Shown: piece by piece, positions 37,671-50,732 of the stretch
How the letters are laid out: each line of letters opens with the position of its first letter
Numbering within the stretch: the first letter of the stretch is position 1
Assembly (NCBI GenBank): GCA_010093705.1
Contig: MU006121.1
Coordinates: 1 to 64,000 of the forward strand
DNA: 64,000 bases
Source: Patellaria atrata CBS 101060
Taxonomy: Eukaryota
Reading direction: 5' to 3'
Made by a program: the position numbers and the translations under genes
Notes under the pieces: generated by a model
The model's input: only the letters and a program-made list of their open reading frames with translations
Database searches by the model: none
What the model was told of the DNA's origin: nothing

Positions 37671-39463
37671 TATAACGAGAGGTAGTTGCGCTGCAACAGC
37701 AGAGACGAGGAGTGAATGTTATAAGTATTCAACTCGACGTTTGTGTCTCTGAGTAGGGCGGAGCAAAGCGATTTGAGAGTTGGGAGTCGTGGGAGTGTAA
37801 TAACTCTGTACGACGGGGAGGGTTGTAGTGGCTCAGCTTGTAGATGTTGTCGTACAGTACAACAAGGGTGTAAGGAGGGAAAATGAGAAACGAAGGTAAA
37901 ACGCAGATGATGGAGACAAAGAGAGGATTATGGGCAGGCGTAAAACATTATGGCCCTCCTGCGATGAAGGGCAGCTCCAAGCCTGTGACAGCCCCAGGAA
38001 AAGTAACAAGAGAGACCGCGAATGCCAAGCCGAGCCAGAAGGCCTTAAAGCTCAGCACCTCAGCAAGTGAACATATGTAGCTTATAAGGTAGCGACAGCG
38101 CCCACTGCTGCGGCTGAGTAGGTTATTCACGACTTATTCTGCGTTTTCACTGAATATTGATTAGTAGGTATCGTATTTGACTTCTGTGGCTACCTACATC
38201 TTTTCACGATGATAGTTCTAACGACAACCTAAGCTGGAATGTCCCTAAAGGTAGGTAAGTCTCCTTCCAAGGTAGCCGCCCAGTCATCATTCCCTGTACT
38301 CCTACTGGACTCCTTAAGATTGTCACAACCTTTCAGTCTCCGTACAGGGCTGGTTTGTAAAGAGAGTAAAGTACTGTACAGTCATGATACCGTCGTCCAC
38401 TCAGGAGTACCGTTTCTTCGCCGATGAATAAATGTAACAGTGTTTTTCAAACACTGAGAAACCGTCAAGAGGCATTGATTGGTGGTAACTTTTTGATGCC
38501 AAGAGGCTTTAAAATTACCTTACATTGTTCCAGGCTCCTCAGGTTCATTTGTTACTGTAATAAAAGTTCCCTGCTTACCTACCCTAGCTATATTTTACCT
38601 ATGGTTAGTGCAACTTAATATCACTCCAGATCAGCTACGAAAGTCTACGATATCAACATCAGACAATCACGAGAATTATATCGTACTGAGTATATAGAAC
38701 TGATGTCAGCGTCCCGATGATTATTTAGGTTCTCCATTGATTTTATAACCTCTAGATACGGCTAAGTCTTCTCCTCCTGGAAAAGACCATGCTGTCAATC
38801 TGATACCATTGAACAAGCTCGCAATATAGGAGCTCGTTGCTTTTTCCGCCGCAAACAAACACTAGGTTGATAAACAGAAGGGTATCCCGATCCGCCTTAT
38901 CATGAGGCAGGATGAGGGTTTGACTATGTGCGTGTGAAATGCCGGTGACCCCTTCTTGCAATTTAATGTCCATTCCATTCTCAACCACGACTTTGAAAAG
39001 TCGCCTCCCCACGTCATTAAATTTCCTAGCCGCGAACATCATGACAAGTGGCAATCCGGCAATAACCAGCTTCACTGTGCAAGACGGACTAGGGATCCAA
39101 AAGCAGCAATGTGATAATGCAACAGTGCTTTTCCTCCAAATTTTAGGGGTGCTATTTCCACCGGCAAACAAATTAGAAAAAAGGGAACTCGAATCGACCA
39201 TCCTAGAATGGGGCACGAATATGTATGTCGGTGGATACAAAGGAAATCGCTAGAAGCAAAAGCAGAAAATTGACAATATGGCAGGGGTAAAAACTCAATC
39301 GCTTGCAATGCCGGGAAATGACCACGCTATGACGCTCATACAGGATTTTTTGGTACAAGGAGATGGTAGATTGTAGATTTGCAAGACCCAAGCTGATAAC
39401 CCCCTAGGATAGGGAAATACCCCTCAGCTGACGACAGAAGGTGCCAGACAATATTTGCCTCCA

Positions 39464-40744
39464 TCATTGGATGAAATGAGGAGCATAGTACTGTTGATGA
39501 TACTGCATTTGAGGCATCTGTTGCGTCGAAGGTTGGGAGGTTGGGGTTGGCGGATACAGGTGAGGAAGTATGCGTTGTTCCTTTCCGAAGTTGTTGTTTC
39601 CGAATTGTTCGTTTTCGGGAGTGATCGGAGGAGTGAGGCACCCGTGCTGTACCATAGGCCCATGGTTCTTGTGGGGGGTCTGGGGAGCAAGATATACGTT
39701 CGAAACCGGGACAGGCTCTTTGACGGACATCTCAATTGGTGGTGTTGCAGTCGCACGCCGGGCAAGTTGAACGTGTCGTTGAAGGAAGTCATCGACAGTA
39801 ATTGCGACATGAGAAAGATGCGCTGAAGAGTATTTCTTGGTGAGGATCTGCGACGGGTTGTAAAGATGGTTTGAGAGACTCAGGACGGTTCCGGCATCAT
39901 AGCCAGATGACCAGTCCGAGTGCCTTGGTTGTGGTCGGCCAAGGATGCACTGAGCGAGAGTCAGGGCAGATCGAGCGAGCACAGAGGGCCTAACGGAAAC
40001 GAATTCCCTATGAAAAAGAGCCATTTCACTGATGAACCATGTCATGTGGCGCAATTCTTGGTCTTCTTCCGCTTCCTCTAAAGCCAATTCGAGGAATGCA
40101 TCCACCGTTGGATGGCCAACAGCCCAGTTGAGGGTTTGTAAGACATGCCATTCCATTTGAGTGAACATCTCATCGTCATATAGGGAGCAGCACATTGACT
40201 TGAGTTCTCTTACGGTTGGGACACGGTCCTTCCTATCTCCGTACTTTGCCGCGATGAGCAGGGCCGCACAACCGACTAGTTGGTAATGCTTCTTGTACAC
40301 GACCCGTTTGGAACAGTACCGATCGAGGAGGTTGATGGAGAGGAATAGCGTGTCAGGAAGGAGCTGGAAGGCAGTGTGGGCCTCAATGAGGAAGTCAAGG
40401 AGGTAGGGCCGCATGTACCATTGAACTTCGGTTTGAATGTCAATCGAATTGACGTCGGGCATTGTTTCTGACTACTGAATGTCAGCGGCTTAACTTTAAT
40501 AACAGAGGGGGACGGCAGGGAAACGAACCTCCATGTGTTCCATGTGGTCAATAATGTCGTTTTGATATTCGTCCGCAGTCAATCTTGATAACTCCAGTCC
40601 AAGCTCCTTCTGACGATATTTCGCCATGATCCTAGCTCTCTCACGTTGTTCCGTACGCATGGCAAAAATTCCATCGTCGTCTGATTCGACAAAGAAGCTG
40701 TCACACGGTCCATACTGAGAGCGGAGTGGGTATTGGTACGCCAT
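39464..40744 (-). CDS. G1/S-type cyclin (Cln/Ccn1/Puc1-like) with TP-rich PEST-like tail
   Basis: Exons 40744-40529 and 40471-39464. Cyclin box WYMRPYLLDFLIE...NLLDRYCS...YQLVGCAALLIAAKY...MEWHVLQTL; tail with TPP, TPHK, LTPPITP. Confidence 0.92.
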
Positions 40745-43700
40745 GATGTTAGGTGTTGTAAAGAGGGGACGTCAATTCTCCGGGATAGACAAATTACGCA
40801 AAGTTTGAAGTAGAAGCCTTCTGAGAAAGAGTGGAAGGCTCGAAAATGAACCAGATTAGTGAGTGATGGCCTGATAAATGGCTATGAAAACGATTGTAAT
40901 TAGTTAGAGAGAACAATTGAAACGATCGATAAAGCTGATGACCTAGATTATGATGAGGCTAGGTGACTAGTTATAACGGGGTTTCAAAGAAGTCTGGAGC
41001 ATGCGACCTGTCAGCTATTCTGTTTTCGTTATGTGCAGAGATGCACCACTCAAGGTCTCCATACCTTGAGAATTAAAAGTATTAGAACTAAAGGAGTGAG
41101 GTGCAAACTAGAGAAAATTGGTGGCCTGGAGCGTGCCCCTTGCGAATTGCATCCGAGAAGTCGAAGAATGGGCAATGGCTTTGATGTCTCTCACAGGGAT
41201 AGTCCTTTCGGTAGCAGAACACGAATGAACGAGTCCGCTATTGTAGAGTCAGGAGTAATCCGGGGAATGTGGAACAACTGCTAGCGCAAGATGCCACGAG
41301 CCTTACGCAAGGTATCCATATTAGTGGTGAAGCAAACCGCATCTCGAAGGTTTATACTCACAGGAGATATCTCACTCTTCAGGAAGCTCTCAAGAGGATG
41401 TCGATAGGGTACTGGGGACTACGTAGTAGCGTAGATAAGGCCGGAGTCCTAGCTGCTGAAAAGAAGGCAAATTAGTGGATTGGGTTTTAGTTGGAACATT
41501 ATAGAAAAGTTGGAAGTAGATTGACAGCGAAAAGTGTTACGCGGATTTAACGCGATTGAGCCCCAAATTTGCCACGGAATGAGCTAGGTCCAAAGGCAAA
41601 CGGTCAAATCTCGGCGTGTGTATAATCATCTGCATATCTGGTAGTGAATGTGGTTGATGAACGTGTGAGTTGGTGAAGTAAATTGGTGGACGGCTTGTAG
41701 AGCTCTTTGTTTCCATACATGTGAACAACAATCTTAGCAAACACCAATCAAACGCGGCTGACCAGATTCAATAGTGTAGACCAGTTCTCATACCGAAGAT
41801 TGTGCTGTGATGGAAAAGGTATACCCGTAAGTGCCACCGATAGACTTTCTTTGTTGTTGGATCTGGTGATGCTGATTTCTTGAGTGTAGAAGATATCAAA
41901 TCTAAAATGCCCAGAGTTGCCTTGATCGTCGACATAATCTTGCCGGTTGATTGAAACCAATTCGCCGAATCTCAACTCTTATCTCTCTTTCCCAGCTAAA
42001 GAAAGCCACACATAGACCCATTTTCTTTTTGGTTTGAAGATCTTCCGGGATCCAATACTCGAGGTATCAAGCATCAATCTCGAATATGCCTCTCAAATAT
42101 GACTGGGTCCAACGTAGTACGGTATTATCTGGCCGTCCGTGGTGTAGTTGCACTTTGGATGTTTGCTACTCCCCGGCCCATCAAGAAGCGGGAATTGTCT
42201 CACAGGAAGGATAAAGTGTGAAAAGACACCTTGACTTACCGATAGTTAAGGGTGAGGTTAAGCCGGGTACTTGTCTTTCCAGGGAAAAGACGAGGTATAG
42301 AGTGGTCGAGTGTGTGAAGGGATGGTGGTGCTCTGCGATCAACGGAGAGATGAGATGATATCGACAGCTGGCGACAGATCCGGGCGGACGTCAGTCGATA
42401 CAAGGAGATGCAGAGATAGGGAGAGAAGGGAAGGGTATTTGAGGTCGGTATAGAGGTCGTATGTAGGAGAGGGAAGAAGGAAGGTTAGTGGAGATACGGC
42501 TGGGGAGTGAACCGAGATCTCAGGAGAGATGCAGTGTCGAAACAGGCAGATCGTACACTGTATCTACTCCAATCCAATCCTCAAGACTCCAAGGAAAAGA
42601 GGAGGGTAATTGATGAGGAAAGGAAGAGGTGGAGGGAGTGAAGGGAGTGGAGGAGAAGAGGGTAGGAAAAGAGAGATGGAGTGATGAGGGTAATGGAGTG
42701 GCTCTCGCGTTGCAAAAAGATCAGGGCCAAGGTTAGAGATTCGATTCGGTCCAGCAGTGAATGGGGATTATGGGGAGGCTAAACCGATCTAAACCATTTT
42801 CGATACCAGCAAAAAAAGGACAGAAAGGTAGACTTCCAGCTTCCTTGCTCAAGACTCTCTCATAGCCAATCCGCACCGCCGGGCATAGGAAGTACGAAAA
42901 CGCCAGCCCTGCAACAGCTTTAACACCTTTCGACAAGTCGGGTAAGGGAGCGAGAAGGATGGATCTCTTGTGGCTCTGATGCTGCGTTGTAAAGTAACTA
43001 AAAAGTTGCTTTTCACCCTCTCAGGCTATGGCTAATGCAACAAGAAACTCGTCAATCTGGTCCATCCCTGAAAATGACTCCAGCTTCATGCAAGCACTTT
43101 AGCACTTCTTTTTTTGAAGCCTGTTGATGCAAGAGAAAAACACGCTATACACGCTCTTCCGATTTTACCAGAGAAAACCGCGTTTCTGGCTGCTAATAAG
43201 GTACGATTTCAGAATCAGAACCGCGTTCTCATCAAAATTCACCTCCACCTCATTCACGTCCTTCTCGAATCCTTACTGTGGCTTCGATATCAGCCGCTCT
43301 AAATAACCCAAAGAGCTTCTGCTGGTTCTGCCACGCTGAACTAAACCCCCCTCGGCCCCTCAGCTGTGCGATTCGCCTAAGGCCCACCATGCTGTCTTGT
43401 TACTCTTGTACTCTTTCATCTCCGCACCAAAACACGCCAGGTGAGAAAAAGGCAGAGATGAGGAGCATCACGATGAACGCGTCTGTAATTCTCCAATAAG
43501 AACTCTGAAAGAGCCTCCGCACGGCCAAACACGACGCGGGAAACCCTCCTGCCTGATCTTTCCATCCTTTTGCCTGTAATTGAAGAAGCGGCACGACTGG
43601 CTGAACGCCGTAGGCTCGTCAAAGCCGTAGTCGAATCAGATTCGCACCACTTTCCGAGCGAGCCTCAGTGTGAGACCGAATTATGCACGCTTACAGTGCT

Positions 43701-44873
43701 TGCAGACTTTTTGCAGTTTACAACCCTAGATCCAGCCAATCTCGACTGTCTTGCAGCAACGAAACATCAAGATTTCTACCCTGTCGTGCCTTTGTTTAAA
43801 GCCTGCATATACAACCAAATTCCCAGTTCAGGAACTTCAGTCTAATCTACCGTGCCTCACTTTCCAGCCCCCAATCCGCCAGGACGGGCCACTTGGCTAC
43901 CTTCTACCAGGAACTCCCATGAATGGCTGCATGAGCTATGATCGATAATAAGTACCACGCGAGTTACAGTATGGAAGTCCAGAGGGTAAGGTATTCTCAA
44001 GTCTTCCTGAACATCGCTGTGGAATTGATAACCTCCTAATAAGTACCAGACTATTAGGACAAATCGAACGTATTAGCGGACCCGGCAAACTGTTCTTGAC
44101 GCTAATAAATGGGGGAACACGTTTTGGTATCATTTTTTCCATTCACTTATACTGTACCCTCCTTTTATTTAAACTGCTCTAAGCTTTACAATACGGAAGC
44201 ACCGAATGTACGGGGTACTGTAGCTCTAGCCGTAAAAATAACCTTTCAATGTTGATCTGTAGGTCCCTCCGTACTGTCCACTCAGACTCGAGGCTCCTTG
44301 ATCATTATTGTGTAGGAGAGTAGAGAATGTACACAATTGTACGTGTGATGCGACCGTACCAACGGCAGAAGTCTTCTTATTAATACTTCGGGTTCAACAA
44401 GCCCAGGACTCCTGTAGCCTAACAAGTGTACAAGGGACCGAGAAATGCCAACCGTGACAGGGTAAGGGATATGTCCTGAGAGGTACAAATAACTTACGGT
44501 AACAACGCTGGCTGTATATTCAGAATTTAGTGGAGGCAACATGCGAGTCACTGCTTCACCAACGCTCTCAACTGCGGTGTGACTTCGCAAAGAAAAGGCC
44601 GCAATACATGTTTCGGTTGTGCAAAGCAACAGGCAAACTGACGGATACCGGCGAGACGATTACTTTCGGTGGGCTTACTGATAATAGCAGAAACATTTTA
44701 AGGCATCGGCAAAGGCAGATCTAGCATCATGGTTCCACAATGAGTCGGGTAATATTGTAATGAGGATCTTGCTCCGGAGGTGGAGCTGCTTTTGAAGATT
44801 TGAGATCCCTTGCGTTCACCTCACTTTACTATGGAGAAATCGAAGTATTAGTACAGCAGTAAGCACTGGGTTC

Positions 44874-44930
44874 AGCATCATCATCAGCATCATCATCATC
44901 ATCATCATCCTCATCATCCTCATCATTATC
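44874..44930 (+). repeat. Imperfect (CAT)n microsatellite
   Basis: cagcatcatcatcagcatcatcatcatcatcatcatcctcatcatcctcatcattatc. Confidence 0.92.
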
Positions 44931-47900
44931 GCCGACTCTCTTTGCCTAGTTCTACTGTACTCGTACTGATCATACTTCATTATCATAGACGACGACAAGT
45001 GCCCCTGATTAAGGTAAATTGGTAAAATCGTTCCTTGCAGAATCCTACCAGCGGTCGAGGGGCGCTTCGTGATGAAGTTATGTGGGTTTGGCGGCTAATA
45101 AATTTAAGGTGAAGGTTCGTAATTGATTTCCTGGAATATTTTAGGCCCACACTGTCACGTAAAATCCTAAGGACACGCCCCCTTGGTCGCGTGTCAGGTC
45201 GCGATGCAGATTGTTCCATAAGCATAAAACCATTTCAGTTAATGCTTCCAGAAGATTTCAAATGAGCAAGTATGGCCACTCTGGAGGGACAAACCGTATC
45301 TCACACTTGACTATTTTTTTTAAGACTATCATAATTTCACCACTCCATGAAAAAGTAGCATCTCCCCATAGCTCCTCTGCCGTATTGATATTCCGCTTTG
45401 TTTGAAACGCCTGTTGGGATTTGTAAGGTTTAATCATAGCCAGTAACTTACGCGGAGACAGGTACCGCTCTGAATTTCTCCCATGTATCGAGACTCTACA
45501 AAGTACAAAGCGCTTGGATAAGATTTCAGCAAACTATCTTGCTACCTACATCCCAATTCGCTGAATGAATTGTAGTTCCTCGTATCTAACGACCGTTTTC
45601 CGAATAAGATACGATCCACTCTATTCTATTCTGCTGTACCATAAGCTATTATTCAATTTGAGCAAATCTATTTTGGGATTTTCGATGCTGTCGCCATATC
45701 TTTACGCTTAAAAAAGGTACTGTATTCTTGGCCTTTTCGACTCTTGTCGTTCGCTACCTTTTACTCCACAGCTTGTACTAATCTAGTTCATACGTAGGTA
45801 CGTAGGTACGTACAGTAGGTAAAATCACGAACACTTTCCAATTGTGGCCAACACCAGCGACATTCTCGCTATTTTGACAATTGTGGCTGGCTAAAATGCT
45901 CGGACGAGCCGCGAGATTTCCACGCCATTTTTGGTTGATAACGCGACATTTTTTCGCCCCACGTCGACGCACTCCAAAGGCTGCAGGATAGAGAAGTCCA
46001 AGTACTTGATTTCTGAGTACTTATTTTCCTGTTTTGTACTTGCTTTGTACCTGCTTGAAGAGAATCGCTCATCCGCGCCGTGGCATAAGTTAAGAGCTGA
46101 ATTCTGCTAGTTCATACCTAGTACACCGCAACTCAGTGTAAATCGATAGCATACCGTGCTGCTGAGCAAAACGAAAGCTGCAATTTGCTATGTTATACTG
46201 TATGAGGAATGAGATCCTGATCGTGAGTCGCTCTGGTTGGTAGACACGACATCTGTTGTTCCCACCTATAAGATCTATAGGAATTTGGAGTAACTGCCGA
46301 TGCAAAGTCAGGTTTCAGTTCTTTCGTGCTTGAACTAGTAGACTTTCTCGTTGTTCAAGACGGCCGAAGTTTTCCGCTCAGAAGCATATTCAACTTACAT
46401 ACTAGGCCAATCGCCGATGTACAGTACAGCCATAATCAAGTATCGCTGGGCTGATTGCTAGGTGCTAGGGGTCTTGCACCTGAATACTACGCTATGATTT
46501 GAGTATCGCAGGAAATCGGACGCCATATTCGAGACCTTACATCCAAAGATCATCCCAAGTGTGAAGTGTTGACGGAGACATATTCTTCAACGTAGTCCTG
46601 GTTACTTGCTCTTCAACAGAGATCTTAAAACAAGCTGGCTGGATATTTTCCTCAATGTTTTGAATCTCAAAAAATTTAGAGTGACCACTGCTAGTGGCTC
46701 AGATTGCAAAATCGGATAATGGCAGATTCACTCGAATTTCCCCTCCTGTGAGAACTCTCTCTGTTCTACGCTTTTGGAGAAAACCTCTAATATATCTCTA
46801 GTTCAATGTGACCTTGGAAGAACACCGAGCAGATGACAATACCTCCCCCATCACGGTTGATATTCCGTCGACCTCAGTACGCTTGCGAATTGACTTTGTG
46901 CAACATTGCTACTTCACAATATTGACTGACGTCTATTAGGTGCATGGCCAACCCGTATCTACCGCTAAGGGTCCTCCATGCGTTCATATATATACCATAG
47001 AAAGAGTCGGAAACCCTGAGAGTATGATTATTGTAAGCATATCTGTACTGTTACCTTACTCGTACAGTTCGAACCCCTCTTGCGTTCTTCTCTTCCTCAA
47101 CAGTAAAGGTTCAGGGGCGGTTTCAACGGGACCAACGGGAATACCCTGTCAATGGGAGGGATACCAATGGTTATACTCAGCACACAAAAACCCAAGAAAT
47201 CTATGTCAAGGGACAGCTAAGCTCTAGCTCAACGCGTCTTTCTCATATCGCTTGTGTGGACTGCAGAGTCTGTGACATCGAAAGATCCAGTTCAGAATTG
47301 AAGGTTCGTACTGTGGATAGTAATTTTATTGGGGAACCCCATTGTAACGTTATCATCCAATCTTTCTCTGGATATGCCCGATTTTCACCTGGTCCCCTAT
47401 CCATAATTGATCGGTATCCTAACTGAAAAGTTTTGATTCTGCATGACTTATATGATCCTGTATAGAACAAAACATTTCATGCTCATGAAAGCCACGGAAA
47501 GGAAGGCTGAGGAAATGATTCAAAAGACGAACGATGCTAGTCGCAAACATCAAGCATGCAATGTCCTGGTAAACCCCTTCCCCCGTTTGAGGGTCAGTAC
47601 AGGGTTGGTAAAAATCAGCTTCTGAAGTTAGGATCATACGAAACCATGCGCTGAGATGCCAGGCTGTCTCCAATCGAAGTGTGCTCCGTATAATGGGTGC
47701 AGAGTAGGAGTAGTAGGAAGGATTATAGGAGAGAGCGAGCGGCGGGTGTTGTTAAAGGCTTGGCATGTTCAGCAAGTGTTCGGGAAAATAAAACTCCGAC
47801 AAAATTTCAAGTACCTCGATCAGTTAACAATTTTTTTTTTTGACGGCTACATTGTATGCAGTACAGCATGTCTCAACTACAATCCATGATCAATTCTACT

Positions 47901-47932
47901 CAGAGGTGATTATTTGAGAGCGCTCTGCGATA

Positions 47933-50732
47933 ATGGACCTCCACCGTTCGCGATTCGTACCTTATCCATCCTCTGCCATCAATACCCTTGCATTCTCGAG
48001 TTCTGGGAAAGCACCCTCTGATGTAAAACTAGCCATCGGGCGCGCTAATGGAAATATTGAGATTTGGAATCCACTCCAAGGGGCATGGGCATGCGAGATA
48101 GTACTGACTGGCGGAAAGGATAGAAGTGTAGAAGGACTAGCATGGATTCAAGAGCCAGATACTGTTGAAGTAGACACTGGGGTTACTACCGCTGGACAAT
48201 TTCGATTATTCAGTATTGGCTATTCAAGTAGCGTAACGGAGTGGGATCTTACAACCGGTCTACCACTTCAGCACTCCAGTGGCAACCATTCTGAGGTGTG
48301 GTGTATCGCCGCCCAGCCGCGAGAGGTGCAAAATAAATCCCCTACAGAAGGATATAGCGGACAAAACATAGTAGCAGGCTGTGCTGACGGCACGTTAGTT
48401 CTTCTCTCAACAACAGATGGCGAATTGCGATTCCAAAAGCACATCTCCCGACCAACCGGAAAGAGATCGCGGGTTCTCAGTCTTGCTTTCCAGAATCGTA
48501 ATACCATAGTGGCCGGCTATGCCGACAGTACAATCCGTGTCTATGATTGGCGTAATGGGAAATTGATACGTACTATTTCCCTGGGAACAGCCACAGCACC
48601 GGCTCCGCGTGAAATCCTCGTGTGGGCGGTGAAATGTCTTCCGAACGGTGATATAGTTTCTGGGGACTCGTCAGGGGAAGTGAGATTTTTCGATGGCAGA
48701 AGTTACACGCAATTACAGCATATATCGGGACACGAAGCAGATATACTTGACATAGCTACTTCACGAGATGGACAAATTGTATACAGTGCGGGTATGGATC
48801 GCCGTACGACAGTATACAATCTTCAGGGGGGTAAAAGGTGGGCAAAGATTGCCTCTCGCCGATATCATGAACATGATGTGAAGACGATGGCTGTATATGA
48901 AAGCAGATCAATGAGTGTAGTGGCTTCTGGTGGTATGAGTATTCGAGCTTCTCAATTCGAACAAATTCTGACATTCAATCACAGGTGTAGATACCAATCT
49001 ATTAATTCTACCACTTCGCCAGTTTTGCAGTGAAAACCACCGGACCCTCTCTGGACTTCCACAGACCCCACCAGTCGCCAGCGCTCCAGAAGCTCGAGTG
49101 TTTTTGAGTTGGTGGAATCGCGAAATCCGTATCTGGCAGCTTCACGAAAGAAATAGAGAAGAGGAACAACCGAAACTACTATCGAAACTGATGATCAAGG
49201 GCGAAGAAAACATCTCATCTGTCAGCATCTCTGGAGACGGCAAACTCCTTGCTGTTGGAACTTCTGCGGAAGTCAAGGTTTTCCGCGTCTCTACTGCTTA
49301 TCCACGAATCCTAGAGTCAAATTACTCGTTAGACGGTCGTACGCGCAAAGTACATACTCCGCCAGATCTGCAAAAGTTAGGCGCGAGACTCGTCCAGTTC
49401 TCGGCTGATGGCAAATGGTTGGCTGTTGTCACGCATCAGAACTCGATTATTCTTGCTCGCGTGGTCAAGCATGACGAATCGCGGGATAAGTGGAAAGTGC
49501 TCCCGCGAGTTGTTGAACTAAAGCGCTTAACCAGGATCATAAAGACACCGAGAGCAATGGATACACCATGGAACACATATAACCAAATTATCACCAGAAT
49601 TACCTTCTCTAGTGATAGTAAAGTCCTTGTGGCCAGCGATATTGGCGGCACAATCGACAGTTGGGTCATCGAGGGTCATGAGGATCCAAGTGCGCCCGAA
49701 ATCGATGAAGCAGATGCCGCATCATCTGCTTCGTCATCTGGTGACGAGGAGACTCATGTAGACGAGAAAAGTTCTTCGCTGACATTCCTTGGTCAGCATT
49801 GGAGATCCAATCCGTCCGGGCATTTGGTACCAAAATTGGACTCAACGCCGTTGATACTGTCTATACAGCCGCTTTCACCGAAGCAAATAGCACCAGAACC
49901 GAATGGCAATCCAGCAGTTCACCCCACTCGAAATAACCCTCATCCTCACTCTGTCGAGTTACCCAATAGACACTATTTACTTTTCGTCCTGACGGCCAAG
50001 CATCAAATATATGAATTCGATCTGCTGGATGGCAAGTTATCAGACTGGTCTAGACGGAACCCAAGCTCGAGTCTGCCCAACCACTTCAGATATTTACGTG
50101 ACCGTACTATGGGAGCTATGTGGCATATTAGTAACAAGTTCCGTCGCATTTGGCTCTATGGAAGTAATTGGCTTTTCATGCTAGACCTCTCGCGAGATCT
50201 TCCTATAGAAGATCTTGCCGCAAAGGAAAGTTATAGACAAGGAGAGGACTTGAGCTCCTCAAAGAAACGCAAACGCGGCCGAAGTAGGAAAGACGCATCA
50301 GAATTACAATCAAGTGGAGCTGGGAACAAGATGCCGCCAGAACACATACAGGAACTACGGAGCAATTTCCACCTCCCGGATGGTGTTCAGCCAGTACCAG
50401 CATCCCAAGGGAATACGTTGGAAGATGAAGATAACACTACTGCGCAGCAGACTTCATCTGCTCTTACTAGTCTACGGAGAAGTACAGTGAATAAGCAAGG
50501 GATGAGAGATGGTGATGAAGAGCGTTTCGAAGGACTGGCGTACTGGTATACACATAAATATCAACCTATCTTAGGGATGGCTCCGATAAGCACTCCTTTG
50601 GGGATACGAGGACATGGTGTTAATAGGAAAGGGAAAAGGATCGAAAGTGCGCTCGAAGCCATTGTTGTCGAGAGACCGTTATGGGATCTCGACCTTCCAC
50701 CAAGGTTCGTGGGCGCCCATGAGCGTGATTGA
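47933..50732 (+). CDS. UTP4: U3 snoRNP/SSU processome WD40 protein Utp4 (cirhin)
   Basis: Exons 47933-48932 and 48985-50732; intron GTATGA...CTGAC...CAG. MDLHRSRFVPY, LAIGRANGNIEIWNP, RSVEGLAW, RLFSIG..SSVTEWDL, HEHDVKTM, C-terminal IVVERP. Confidence 0.93.

Noticed and set aside
38752..39253. Overlapping 162-aa (-) and 104-aa (+) ORFs downstream of the cyclin
   Set aside because: No motifs or clear splice structure; probably 3' UTR or intergenic.
42131..42178. GGCCG...CGGCC hairpin with an A-box-like GTGGTGTAGTTG (tRNA?) and nearby GATAATACC (TPP riboswitch?)
   Set aside because: No T-loop GTTCRA or cloverleaf; the CTGAGA element and paired TPP stems are absent.
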